Shown here: in pieces, positions 19,993-27,443 of the stretch
Numbering within the stretch: position 1 is the first letter of the stretch
Layout of the letters: each line of letters opens with the position of its first letter
From: Verrucomicrobiales bacterium
Lineage (GTDB): Bacteria > Verrucomicrobiota > Verrucomicrobiia > Limisphaerales > UBA11320
Assembly (NCBI GenBank): GCA_003452185.1
Contig: DMJJ01000214.1
Location: 1 to 46,462 of the forward strand
Direction of reading: 5' to 3'
DNA length: 46,462 nucleotides
Notes under the pieces: model-generated
Told to the model about the DNA's origin: nothing
What the model saw: the letters and a program-made list of their open reading frames with translations, nothing else
The model's database searches: none
Position numbers and translations under genes: made by a program

Positions 19993-21805
19993 ACGGTTTC
20001 TGAAGCATCGGTGCATCGCACTCGCCCCCCACGCCCAGACCCGAGTGCGCCTCGCCCAGCCCGGTCATCAGGACGCACCGGACCCCGCGGCCGGCGCGCT
20101 CCACTTTTTCCATCAGCGCCGGCCCCGACATGCCGGGCATCGCGACGTCGCTGATGAGGGTTGAATAGCTCCCAGGGCTGCTGGCGAGAAGCCGCGCAAG
20201 GGCGGAAGCCCCGTCTGCGAAATCTTCGACCTCATACCCCAGTGACTGGATCATCCGGGTGGTCACCTGGCGGACCGCCGGGTCATCGTCCACCAACATC
20301 ACCCGCTCGCCCTCGGTACGGCCCCCCGTTGGCACGGGCTTCGTGCCGGGGGCCAGAAGCAGGGTGACGGAGGTCCCCCGACCCGGAGCGCTCCGGAGCC
20401 GGAGGCCACCCTGGAGCCGGGTGGCGCACCCGAATGCCTCGGACAAACCCATGCCCCGGTGCCCGGGTCGCGTGGTGAATCCCGGCTCGAACGCACGCGA
20501 CTGCACCGGACCGGTCATACCGTGGCCTTCGTCGGTGATTTCCACGTAGAGGTACTCGCCAGGGGTGAGGGGCCGCCCCCCCGGGATCGGCTCGAGGAGG
20601 TCGGACTCGACCTGCAGCAGCCCGGTGGCAACCACGAGCTTCCCGCAGCCCCCTTCCAGGCTCTCGACCGCGTTGGCCAGCAGGGCCTCGATCCCCCGCT
20701 GCAACCCCTCGGTCTGGGCCGCCGGAATGGGAGGCAGCATCGGATTGAACGCCAGTCGCAGGCGGTCTCCGGACGGGATGCCGGGGACCGAGTCGACGGC
20801 GGCCTCGACGATGCGATTGAGCTCCACCCCGGGCGATTCCCCGGGGGGAACGGCCGGCAGCGATTCTCCGAGCGGTTCCGTCAGGGTGTGGAGCAGCAGG
20901 TCAACCCCGCCATCGATGCCACGACCGCAGGTCACGAGCGCGGTGACGCGCCGTGATCCGCCGGAACGGTGGCGCACCCGTTTCTCAATTCGATAGTGAT
21001 CCACCTCGCCCGAGAGGAGTCGTGCGAACTGCGCGGCCTCGGCCTCGCGGTCATCGGGGTGGGTCAGGGAGGCCCATGTCTCCTCCTGGAGCTGGGGTTC
21101 GCTGCACCCGAGGAGGGCCCGGAGGCCGGGAGATGCAAACACCCAGCCACCTTGGGCCGAGGTGACCGCCACCGCCGCCCCCGCGGCGCTCAGGTGGTCG
21201 CGCCAGGCCGCCATCTCCGAGGCCCCGGCCCTGGGGGGGACCGTTTGCTCCGAGCCCTGCGCTGCAGGCAGGGCGGCGGTCAGACAGACCGGGCGATCCC
21301 CCATTTCCGCCGGCACCGATTGGCTCACGAGCCGGACCCGCCGGGGCGATCCCCCCTCGGACGGCAGAAGGCGAAGCTCGGTCTCGGCCCGCTCGCGCCG
21401 GGCGAGCACGGTGGCGACGTGGTGATGGAACCGGATCCGGTCCTCCTCGAGGAGGTGGGTGAAGAAGGGGCGTTGCTTGAACCGGGTCCGCTCCCCGCCC
21501 AGAAGCTCCCCTGCGGCGAGGTTCAGGTCCTCGACGTTGTGCCGGCCATCGAAGACGAAATAGGCCACCGGGGCGCTGTCAAACAGCTCGAAATAGCGCG
21601 CGCGGGTTCGTTGCAGCGTGGCCTGGGATTCCCGGAGCTCCTGGTTCTGGATCTCGAGCTCGATCTGGCGGGCCAGGTCCGATTGCGGAGCGGGTCGCAG
21701 CGGAGGAGGCAGGCGGGAAAGGGTGAACCGGGGTGGCAGGTCAAGCCGGGCGCCCTCCGACGGGACAACATCGGGCTCCGGCTCCTTCAGAGTGCGGTTG
21801 TTCAT
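19934..21805 (-). CDS. PAS-PAS-HATPase-receiver hybrid protein with no recognisable HisKA/DHp domain
   Basis: ELEIQNQELR...RYFELFDSAPVAY PAS entry and a second PAS (LTHPDDR). HATPase motifs ITDEGHGM, FEPGFTT and GMGLS. REC motifs LVDDD, SDVAMPGMSG and QKPF. Start reassigned to MNNRTL at 21805; the upstream part of the listed ORF is antisense to the YiiX-like gene. Confidence 0.85.
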   Translation of the reverse strand: MNNRTLKEPEPDVVPSEGARLDLPPRFTLSRLPPPLRPAPQSDLARQIELEIQNQELRESQATLQRTRARYFELFDSAPVAYFVFDGRHNVEDLNLAAGELLGGERTRFKQRPFFTHLLEEDRIRFHHHVATVLARRERAETELRLLPSEGGSPRRVRLVSQSVPAEMGDRPVCLTAALPAAQGSEQTVPPRAGASEMAAWRDHLSAAGAAVAVTSAQGGWVFASPGLRALLGCSEPQLQEETWASLTHPDDREAEAAQFARLLSGEVDHYRIEKRVRHRSGGSRRVTALVTCGRGIDGGVDLLLHTLTEPLGESLPAVPPGESPGVELNRIVEAAVDSVPGIPSGDRLRLAFNPMLPPIPAAQTEGLQRGIEALLANAVESLEGGCGKLVVATGLLQVESDLLEPIPGGRPLTPGEYLYVEITDEGHGMTGPVQSRAFEPGFTTRPGHRGMGLSEAFGCATRLQGGLRLRSAPGRGTSVTLLLAPGTKPVPTGGRTEGERVMLVDDDPAVRQVTTRMIQSLGYEVEDFADGASALARLLASSPGSYSTLISDVAMPGMSGPALMEKVERAGRGVRCVLMTGLGEAHSGLGVGGECDAPMLQKPFTMARLREVLEPARRAAAR

Positions 21806-22033
21806 ACTCGCAGACACGTTCGGTTCCACAGCTGACTTCACGAACAGGGTACGACAAGCCCACGCACATCCTCGTCCTCCGCAGCACGATTCCCTCAGGG
21901 CGGTCAACATGCTAGCGGGCTCGGGGGGTTTGTCAGTGAGTTTTTTGCCCCCCCCGGGAAGATCCCCCTTGCCTTTCACACTCTCTCCAGCGAGAGACTC
22001 TGGCGGGCGCGGGAACCGAGCGCCCAAGCGCCG

Positions 22034-22759
22034 ATGTCCGACCCATTGCTCAACCCGGCTCCCCCAGGGACCACGAATCGCGAGTTCCTTGAGCGGCATG
22101 CCCGCCCCGGGTGCGTTGGCCTGGCAGGGGGCACCACGCTGGTGGACCGGGCGATCGCGGCGGCCGAGCGGCACATCGACGCGGAGAAGCGGTGGAGCCG
22201 TTGGTCGCACGCCTTCGTGATCGGGGAGAGGCGGGCGGATGGGCACCTCTGGGTGATCGAATCCGACCTTGAGATCCATCGCCGCCACATCCGGCTTGGC
22301 GTCCAGGAGAACCGGCTTTCGAAGTATTACGCGGACGAGGACTACACCACACTGGCCATCCTGGACTTTGGGCTCCCGGCAGAGTCGGTGAACACCCTCC
22401 TTGCGGCCGGCCTGGAGATGGTGGCCAGCAGGACGCGCTACTCGCTGCGGGAGCTTCTTGGGACCCTGATCTCGCTGCAGCGGCCGGCGAGGCGGACCGG
22501 GCGGGCCAACCTTCTCTCCCGGGATCGGTCCATTTACTGCTCCGCCCTTGTGCAACACCTTTACCGCAAGGCAGGCGTCGACCTCGTCCCCGGGCTGCAC
22601 GACAAGCACACCACGCCCGAAGACCTTTCCCGCACTCTGGTGCCGCACACCCGCCATTTTTTGGAAAGGGCTCGCGCCCAGAGCCGCCTCGCGGGGCTGG
22701 CCCGCCGGGTGAAAGCCGGCATCAAACCGCTGGCACGCCGCCGCACGCCCAAGGGGTGA
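22034..22759 (+). CDS. Permuted papain-like NlpC/P60 amidase (YiiX/YebB family)
   Basis: The His motif WSHAFV precedes the Cys motif YCSALVQHLY...GVDL and TPEDL, which is the permuted catalytic order. Confidence 0.75.
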   Translation: MSDPLLNPAPPGTTNREFLERHARPGCVGLAGGTTLVDRAIAAAERHIDAEKRWSRWSHAFVIGERRADGHLWVIESDLEIHRRHIRLGVQENRLSKYYADEDYTTLAILDFGLPAESVNTLLAAGLEMVASRTRYSLRELLGTLISLQRPARRTGRANLLSRDRSIYCSALVQHLYRKAGVDLVPGLHDKHTTPEDLSRTLVPHTRHFLERARAQSRLAGLARRVKAGIKPLARRRTPKG

Positions 22760-22772
22760 ACCGGCCCCCCGG

Positions 22773-23564
22773 TCAACGGGCCGGCACGCTGCTGTGGGTC
22801 TTCAGCCACTCGTAGTCGTCCGGACGTGATGGGGCAAACACCCCGCCAGAGCCACCCAGGATGTTCGGCTTGAGGGTGTCGGGCACCACCCACTGATGCT
22901 GCTCGACGTGGCCGTCCGCGAAGGAGAGGTTGGCCCCGTTGTCATGGTAGTTCGCGGGAAGGTTCCCCCATTTCAGCTCGGCCCAGCGGTTCATGAAGAA
23001 GCCGTCGTTGATCGTGTCCGGGTGTTCATCGAGAAAGACGTAAATCTCGGAGGGTTTCGGAATCTGGGTGATCTGAAAAAACTGGATCATCTGCGGGTTG
23101 AATCGGTTGGTCAGCTCCCCGGGATTCCCCACCAGGCTGTTCATCGACATGCTTCGAATGCGGGCCCCGTTGGCGGCCATGGATTTGTCGGAGGGACACT
23201 TGAACGGGCTCGTTGAGTCGGAGAGGTAGGTGGCGAGCTCTCCCGAGGTGAGGCTCTGCAGGTTGGTGTTGTCGGGGCTGTAGTTCCAGTCGAGCAGGTT
23301 GTTCACCCAGTTCTGACGCCGCTTCACCGTCTCCTGAATCCCGTGGTTGTTCACGAGGGTGCCCGCCCGTTCGTCCGCGTACATCGTCCAGGCCAGGGAG
23401 AGCTGGCGGATGTTGTTGGCGCAGGCGGCGGTGTTGGCCTTTCCGCGGGCTTTCCCAAGGGCGGGAAGAAGGATGGCGGAAAGGATGGCGATGACGGCGA
23501 TGACGACAAGGAGCTCGATGAGCGTGAATGCCGCCGGTCGGGCCGGGGTGCTTTGGGTGCACAT
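22773..23564 (-). CDS. Prepilin-type N-terminal cleavage/methylation protein with H-X9-DG motif (DUF1559-like)
   Basis: [39 protein letters not shown] and [12 protein letters not shown]. The start could be 23564 or 23582. Confidence 0.9.
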   Translation of the reverse strand: MCTQSTPARPAAFTLIELLVVIAVIAILSAILLPALGKARGKANTAACANNIRQLSLAWTMYADERAGTLVNNHGIQETVKRRQNWVNNLLDWNYSPDNTNLQSLTSGELATYLSDSTSPFKCPSDKSMAANGARIRSMSMNSLVGNPGELTNRFNPQMIQFFQITQIPKPSEIYVFLDEHPDTINDGFFMNRWAELKWGNLPANYHDNGANLSFADGHVEQHQWVVPDTLKPNILGGSGGVFAPSRPDDYEWLKTHSSVPAR

Positions 23565-23781
23565 GCGGGGGGACTCTGGCATGGATCGGGCACGGAGGCC
23601 AGCAGGCGGTTCGAGGATCGGCCCCGACGGCGCCACAGCGGAGGAAGGGCCTGTTTTTCCCTTGTGCCCTGCGGGCCGCTTCCCACACTTGTCCCATGTT
23701 CGACATCGTCAGGCCCGTGCGGCCTGCCCGCCTCCCCCGACGGCCCGCCGCGGCCCGGCTCCCGGAGCCCCTGCCTGGCGC

Positions 23782-25038
23782 GTGAGCACAAGCCCCGCCA
23801 CCCCGCCATCGGCCAGCCCGTATGCGGTGCTCCGCAACCGGGACCTCCTGCTCTACATGGTCGGGCGGTTCGCCGCCTCGTTCGGCCAGCAGATGCTGAA
23901 CGTCGCCGTCGGGTGGGAGCTGTACGAACGGACCCACTCGGCCTTCGCGCTCGGGATGGTCGGGTTGACCCAAATGATGCCGATGCTCCTCTTCACCCTC
24001 CCGGCGGGCCACCTGGCCGACACCCTCGACCGGAAACGGATCCTGGTCGCCATGACCGCCGTTCAGGGGGTGGCAAGCCTTGGGCTGGCCTGCGTCTCGG
24101 CCCTCCAGGCCCCGGTCTTCCTCACCTACGTCGCCCTGTTCATCGCGGGAACGGCACGAACCTTCCTCTGGCCGGCAAGCTCCTCATTTCTTCCCCAGCT
24201 TGTCACACGGAGCGACTTTCCCCGCGCGGTGACCTGGAACACGGGCGCCTTCCAGCTCTCGGCGGTGGCGGGCCCCGCCACGGGGGGACTCCTCCTTTCG
24301 CTCCTGCACAGCGCCGCCCCCGTCTTCCTGTTGAACGCCGCCGCCGGCCTGGTCTGCCTCACCCTGGTCGGGATGGTCCGGGTGATGAGCCAGGAACGGG
24401 TGGGACGCGAACCGATGTCGCTCCGCAGCCTGGCAACCGGGTTCCGGTTCGTGTTCGACTCCAGGATCATTTCAGGGACCCTCACCCTCGACCTCTTCGC
24501 CGTCCTGCTCGGGGGAGCCACGGCACTCCTCCCGGTGTACTGCAAGGACATCCTGGGCTCGGGCCCTTCCGGCCTCGGGCTGCTCCAGGCGGCGCTGCCC
24601 GTCGGCTCCCTGGCCTGCGCGCTGGTGATGGCGCATCGTCCCCCGATGGAACGGGCGGGACGATCGCTCCTGTGGGCCGTGGGGCTTTTCGGGGTCGCCA
24701 CCATCGGGTTCGGCCTTTCGAGCTGGTACCCCCTCTCCTGGGCAATGCTGTTCGTGTGCGGCGCGGCGGACAACGTGAGTGTGGTGGTACGCCACACCCT
24801 GGTGCAGATGCTCACCCCGGATGAGAAACGGGGACGCGTCTCCGCCGTGAACAGCCTCTTCATCGGAACCTCCAACGAGCTGGGAGGGTTCGAGTCCGGC
24901 ATGGTGGCCCACCTCTGGGGGCCCGTCATCTCGGCGGTGTCGGGCGGGATCGGAACGCTGGTGGTCGTCGCCTGCGTGGCCATCGCGTGGCCGGAGATCC
25001 GCCGATACGGCCGCCTCGATGGTTCCCCGAGGGGGTGA
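23782..25038 (+). CDS. MFS transporter (EntS/H+ antiporter-like, MFS_3)
   Basis: Motif A GHLADTLDRKR, LDLFAVLLGGATALLP and RGRVSAVNSLFIGTSNELGGFESG, with about 12 TM helices. GTG start at 23782 is inferred. Confidence 0.88.
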   Translation: MSTSPATPPSASPYAVLRNRDLLLYMVGRFAASFGQQMLNVAVGWELYERTHSAFALGMVGLTQMMPMLLFTLPAGHLADTLDRKRILVAMTAVQGVASLGLACVSALQAPVFLTYVALFIAGTARTFLWPASSSFLPQLVTRSDFPRAVTWNTGAFQLSAVAGPATGGLLLSLLHSAAPVFLLNAAAGLVCLTLVGMVRVMSQERVGREPMSLRSLATGFRFVFDSRIISGTLTLDLFAVLLGGATALLPVYCKDILGSGPSGLGLLQAALPVGSLACALVMAHRPPMERAGRSLLWAVGLFGVATIGFGLSSWYPLSWAMLFVCGAADNVSVVVRHTLVQMLTPDEKRGRVSAVNSLFIGTSNELGGFESGMVAHLWGPVISAVSGGIGTLVVVACVAIAWPEIRRYGRLDGSPRG

Positions 25039-25096
25039 GTCCCGGGGCCCGGGCACGCCGCCCCCGCCCCCAACCCTCCTCCTCCTCCCCCTCAGG

Positions 25097-26386
25097 TCAC
25101 CTCCCGGACGGAGGCTCCTGAAGCATCCTCTCCTGCACCCCGCCGCCTGTGACCTCCCCTTCCCACCGGCTGATGGCGAGGGTGGCGATGCCGTTGCCGA
25201 TCAGGTTCGTGAGGGCCCGGCACTCGCTCATGAACCGATCGATGCCGACAAGCAGGGCCAGGGAGGCGAGCGGGATTTTGGGGACCACGGCCAGGGTGGC
25301 TGCCAGGGTGACGAACCCGGCCCCCGTGACCCCGCTAGCCCCCTTGGAGGAGATCATTGCCACGAGGAGCAATGCGAGCTGGTCCCTCCATCCAAGCGGG
25401 GTGTTCGTCGCCTGGGCCAGAAACACCGTCGCCATGGTCATGTAGATGTTCGTCCCATCCAGGTTGAAGCTGTAGCCGGTCGGCACCACCAGGCCAACGG
25501 TGGCATCGGCACATCCAAGCCTCCGGAGCTTCTGGATGAGTCCGGGAAGGGCGGTCTCCGAGGAGCTCGTTGCCAGCACCAACAGGAGCTCCTCCTTCAC
25601 GTAGGCGAGAAACCGGAGAATCGAGAACCCGCAGGCCCGGGCGATGGTCCCCAGCACCCCCAGCACGAACAGCAGGGCGGTGATATAGAACCCGGCCATC
25701 AGGGCCGCCAGGTGCTGGAGGCTCTGCAGCCCGTAATGTCCCACGGTGTAGGCCATGGCGCCAAAAGCACCAAGAGGGGCGACCCGGACCACCAGCCCGA
25801 GGATCCCGAGGAAGATATCCGACAGCCGTTCCACCCCCCCCAGCACCTCCTCCCGGCGGGCAGGGGCGAGGGAGGTCACCGCGAAGGCCGTGAGGCCGGA
25901 GACGAGCAGCACCTGGAGGAGGTCCCCCGTGACAAAGGCGTCGAAGAGCGTGTTCGGGATGATGTTGAGCAGGAAGCCCACCAGGTCGAGCCCCTTGGCC
26001 CGCGAGGCAAATCCCTGACCCACCTGGGGATCAAGCGTCCCAACGTCGACGTTGAAGCCGGCCCCCGGCCTCAGCAGATTCACAACCCCGAGGCCGATCA
26101 GCAGGGCCAGCGTCGACACCGCCTCGAAATACACCAGGGTCTTGATTCCCACCCGCCCCAGGGTGCGAAGGTCGCGCATCGAGGCGACCCCATGCACCAC
26201 GGTGCAGAAGATGATCGGGGCAATCATCATCCGTACGAGCTTGATGAACCCATCCCCGAGAGGCCGAAGCTGCCCCCCCCATTCGGGCGCCACCGCCCCA
26301 ACCACGACGCCCAGCGCAACCGCGATCAGGACCTGCACGTAGAGGAGCCGATGCCATCGCTGCCGAGAGGGTTGGGCCGGGTTCAC
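25097..26386 (-). CDS. dctA: C4-dicarboxylate:H+/Na+ symporter
   Basis: [57 protein letters not shown] and [18 protein letters not shown]. Confidence 0.93.
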   Translation of the reverse strand: MNPAQPSRQRWHRLLYVQVLIAVALGVVVGAVAPEWGGQLRPLGDGFIKLVRMMIAPIIFCTVVHGVASMRDLRTLGRVGIKTLVYFEAVSTLALLIGLGVVNLLRPGAGFNVDVGTLDPQVGQGFASRAKGLDLVGFLLNIIPNTLFDAFVTGDLLQVLLVSGLTAFAVTSLAPARREEVLGGVERLSDIFLGILGLVVRVAPLGAFGAMAYTVGHYGLQSLQHLAALMAGFYITALLFVLGVLGTIARACGFSILRFLAYVKEELLLVLATSSSETALPGLIQKLRRLGCADATVGLVVPTGYSFNLDGTNIYMTMATVFLAQATNTPLGWRDQLALLLVAMISSKGASGVTGAGFVTLAATLAVVPKIPLASLALLVGIDRFMSECRALTNLIGNGIATLAISRWEGEVTGGGVQERMLQEPPSGR

Positions 26387-26480
26387 AGCCGCCAGCTTAC
26401 GGAAACCCGGGAGGGGAGAACAAAACTAATCCGCCCCCCCCAGCAGAGCACGGGTGCCGGGTGGGGTTCGCAGCCGGAGG

Positions 26481-26508
26481 TAAAGATTCCGGCCGCCGGT
26501 TCCGATGG
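26481..26508 (+). promoter_or_regulatory. Possible sigma-28 (FliA/SigD)-type promoter
   Basis: TAAA(G)-N16-TCCGATGG, about 105 nt upstream of the Cache/PDC gene start. The consensus is TAAA-N15/16-GCCGATAA. Confidence 0.35.
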
Positions 26509-26598
26509 AACCCTGGGGTCCTGACCATTTTCTTTTCGTGGGGGTGATGGATCTCCCCCACTTGCCCGATCCCGCGCACAGGAGATCCACAGGAGACG

Positions 26599-26611
26599 GA
26601 GAGAGAGAGAG
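26599..26611 (+). repeat. (GA)6G dinucleotide tract immediately before the ATG
   Basis: aggagacg-gagagagagagag-t-ATG. Confidence 0.7.
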
Positions 26612-26612
26612 T

Positions 26613-27188
26613 ATGCAAACTGGAACCAGGAGATTGAGCCGGGGGAGATTCGTGGCGTTGCTGGCCGGAGGCCTTCTCGCGGCAGGCAGCTCATTCGGAG
26701 GAGGGATCGACCCGTCCGTGCAAGCCAGGATCGACGCCAAGGTGAAGGAGATCCAAGGGTGGGCCTCCGACCCCGTGATCGTGAAGGCGGTCGCGGAGCA
26801 GAACGCCACCCCGCCCGCTGAATTTGCCTCCATGACGCAGGAGAAGTGGAAAAACCTCACCGTCCTCGACCCGGTGGTGCGAGGGTTCACCAAGAACGGG
26901 GTGGGGACGTTTCTCAAGGGGAAGAAGGATGACGTGATCTCGGAGGCCTTCGTCTCGTCCGCCGACGGCACCAAAGTCGGCTTCCTGAGCAAGACCACCA
27001 ACTGGTGCCACAAGGGAAAGCCGAAGCACGAGGAGCCGCTGCAAGGAAAGTCCTGGCAGGGGCCGGTGGAGGTTGATGAATCAACCGGGCTGCAGCAGGT
27101 GCAGGTGGCCCTGCCGATCGTCGAGGGGGGGAAACCCGTGGGATCGCTGGTTGTCGGACTGAGCCTTGCAACGCTCGCAGGCCAGTAG
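26613..27188 (+). CDS. Stand-alone periplasmic PDC/Cache-like sensor-domain protein
   Basis: Signal peptide; WASDPVIVKAVAEQN, ISEAFVSSADG, GPVEVDESTG and QVALPIVEGGKPVGSLVVG (Cache-type C-terminal strands). It stops without a TM helix or output domain. Purine-rich RBS upstream. Confidence 0.75.
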   Translation: MQTGTRRLSRGRFVALLAGGLLAAGSSFGGGIDPSVQARIDAKVKEIQGWASDPVIVKAVAEQNATPPAEFASMTQEKWKNLTVLDPVVRGFTKNGVGTFLKGKKDDVISEAFVSSADGTKVGFLSKTTNWCHKGKPKHEEPLQGKSWQGPVEVDESTGLQQVQVALPIVEGGKPVGSLVVGLSLATLAGQ

Positions 27189-27192
27189 CTAC

Positions 27193-27220
27193 TCCGCCCC
27201 CGTGCGGGGGGCGCGGATTT
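27193..27220 (+). terminator. Possible intrinsic terminator after the Cache gene
   Basis: Imperfect GC hairpin tccgcccccgtgcggggggcgcgga followed by only a short ttt. Confidence 0.3.
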
Positions 27221-27443
27221 CAGGTGGACTTTGACCCTCGATGCGGGGAAGGTTCGCTAACAGACCTCGCGAGCCTATGAACCGATTCCCCCGCCCCTCG
27301 GTTGGCAAATCCCCTCCCAATCGCCGTGACCTCCTCGCCCGGGCCGTCGTCACCGGGTCGCCTCTCCCGGTGGAGGGGGCGCGGACCGGAGAACGCGACG
27401 CCCGCGTCGACATCCTCCTCGGGACCACCCCCGAGATGTGACC

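Noticed and set aside
21806..22033. Possible riboswitch (GGCAAA on the minus strand) upstream of the signalling gene
   Set aside because: The rest of the c-di-GMP-I pattern is missing. An Rfam/Infernal scan would settle it.
21806..22657. N-terminal 284 aa of the listed 907-aa hybrid kinase ORF
   Set aside because: It overlaps the YiiX-like gene on the opposite strand and the intergenic region. Recognisable domains begin only after Met at 21805.
25039..25096. C-rich tract (cctcctcctcctccccc) between the MFS gene and dctA
   Set aside because: It is a short low-complexity spacer between convergent stop codons with no clear hairpin or U-tract.
26387..26612. Sigma-54 promoter expected upstream of dctA
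   Set aside because: The GGCAC on the minus strand has no GC at the required spacing, and no dctBD genes are in the window.
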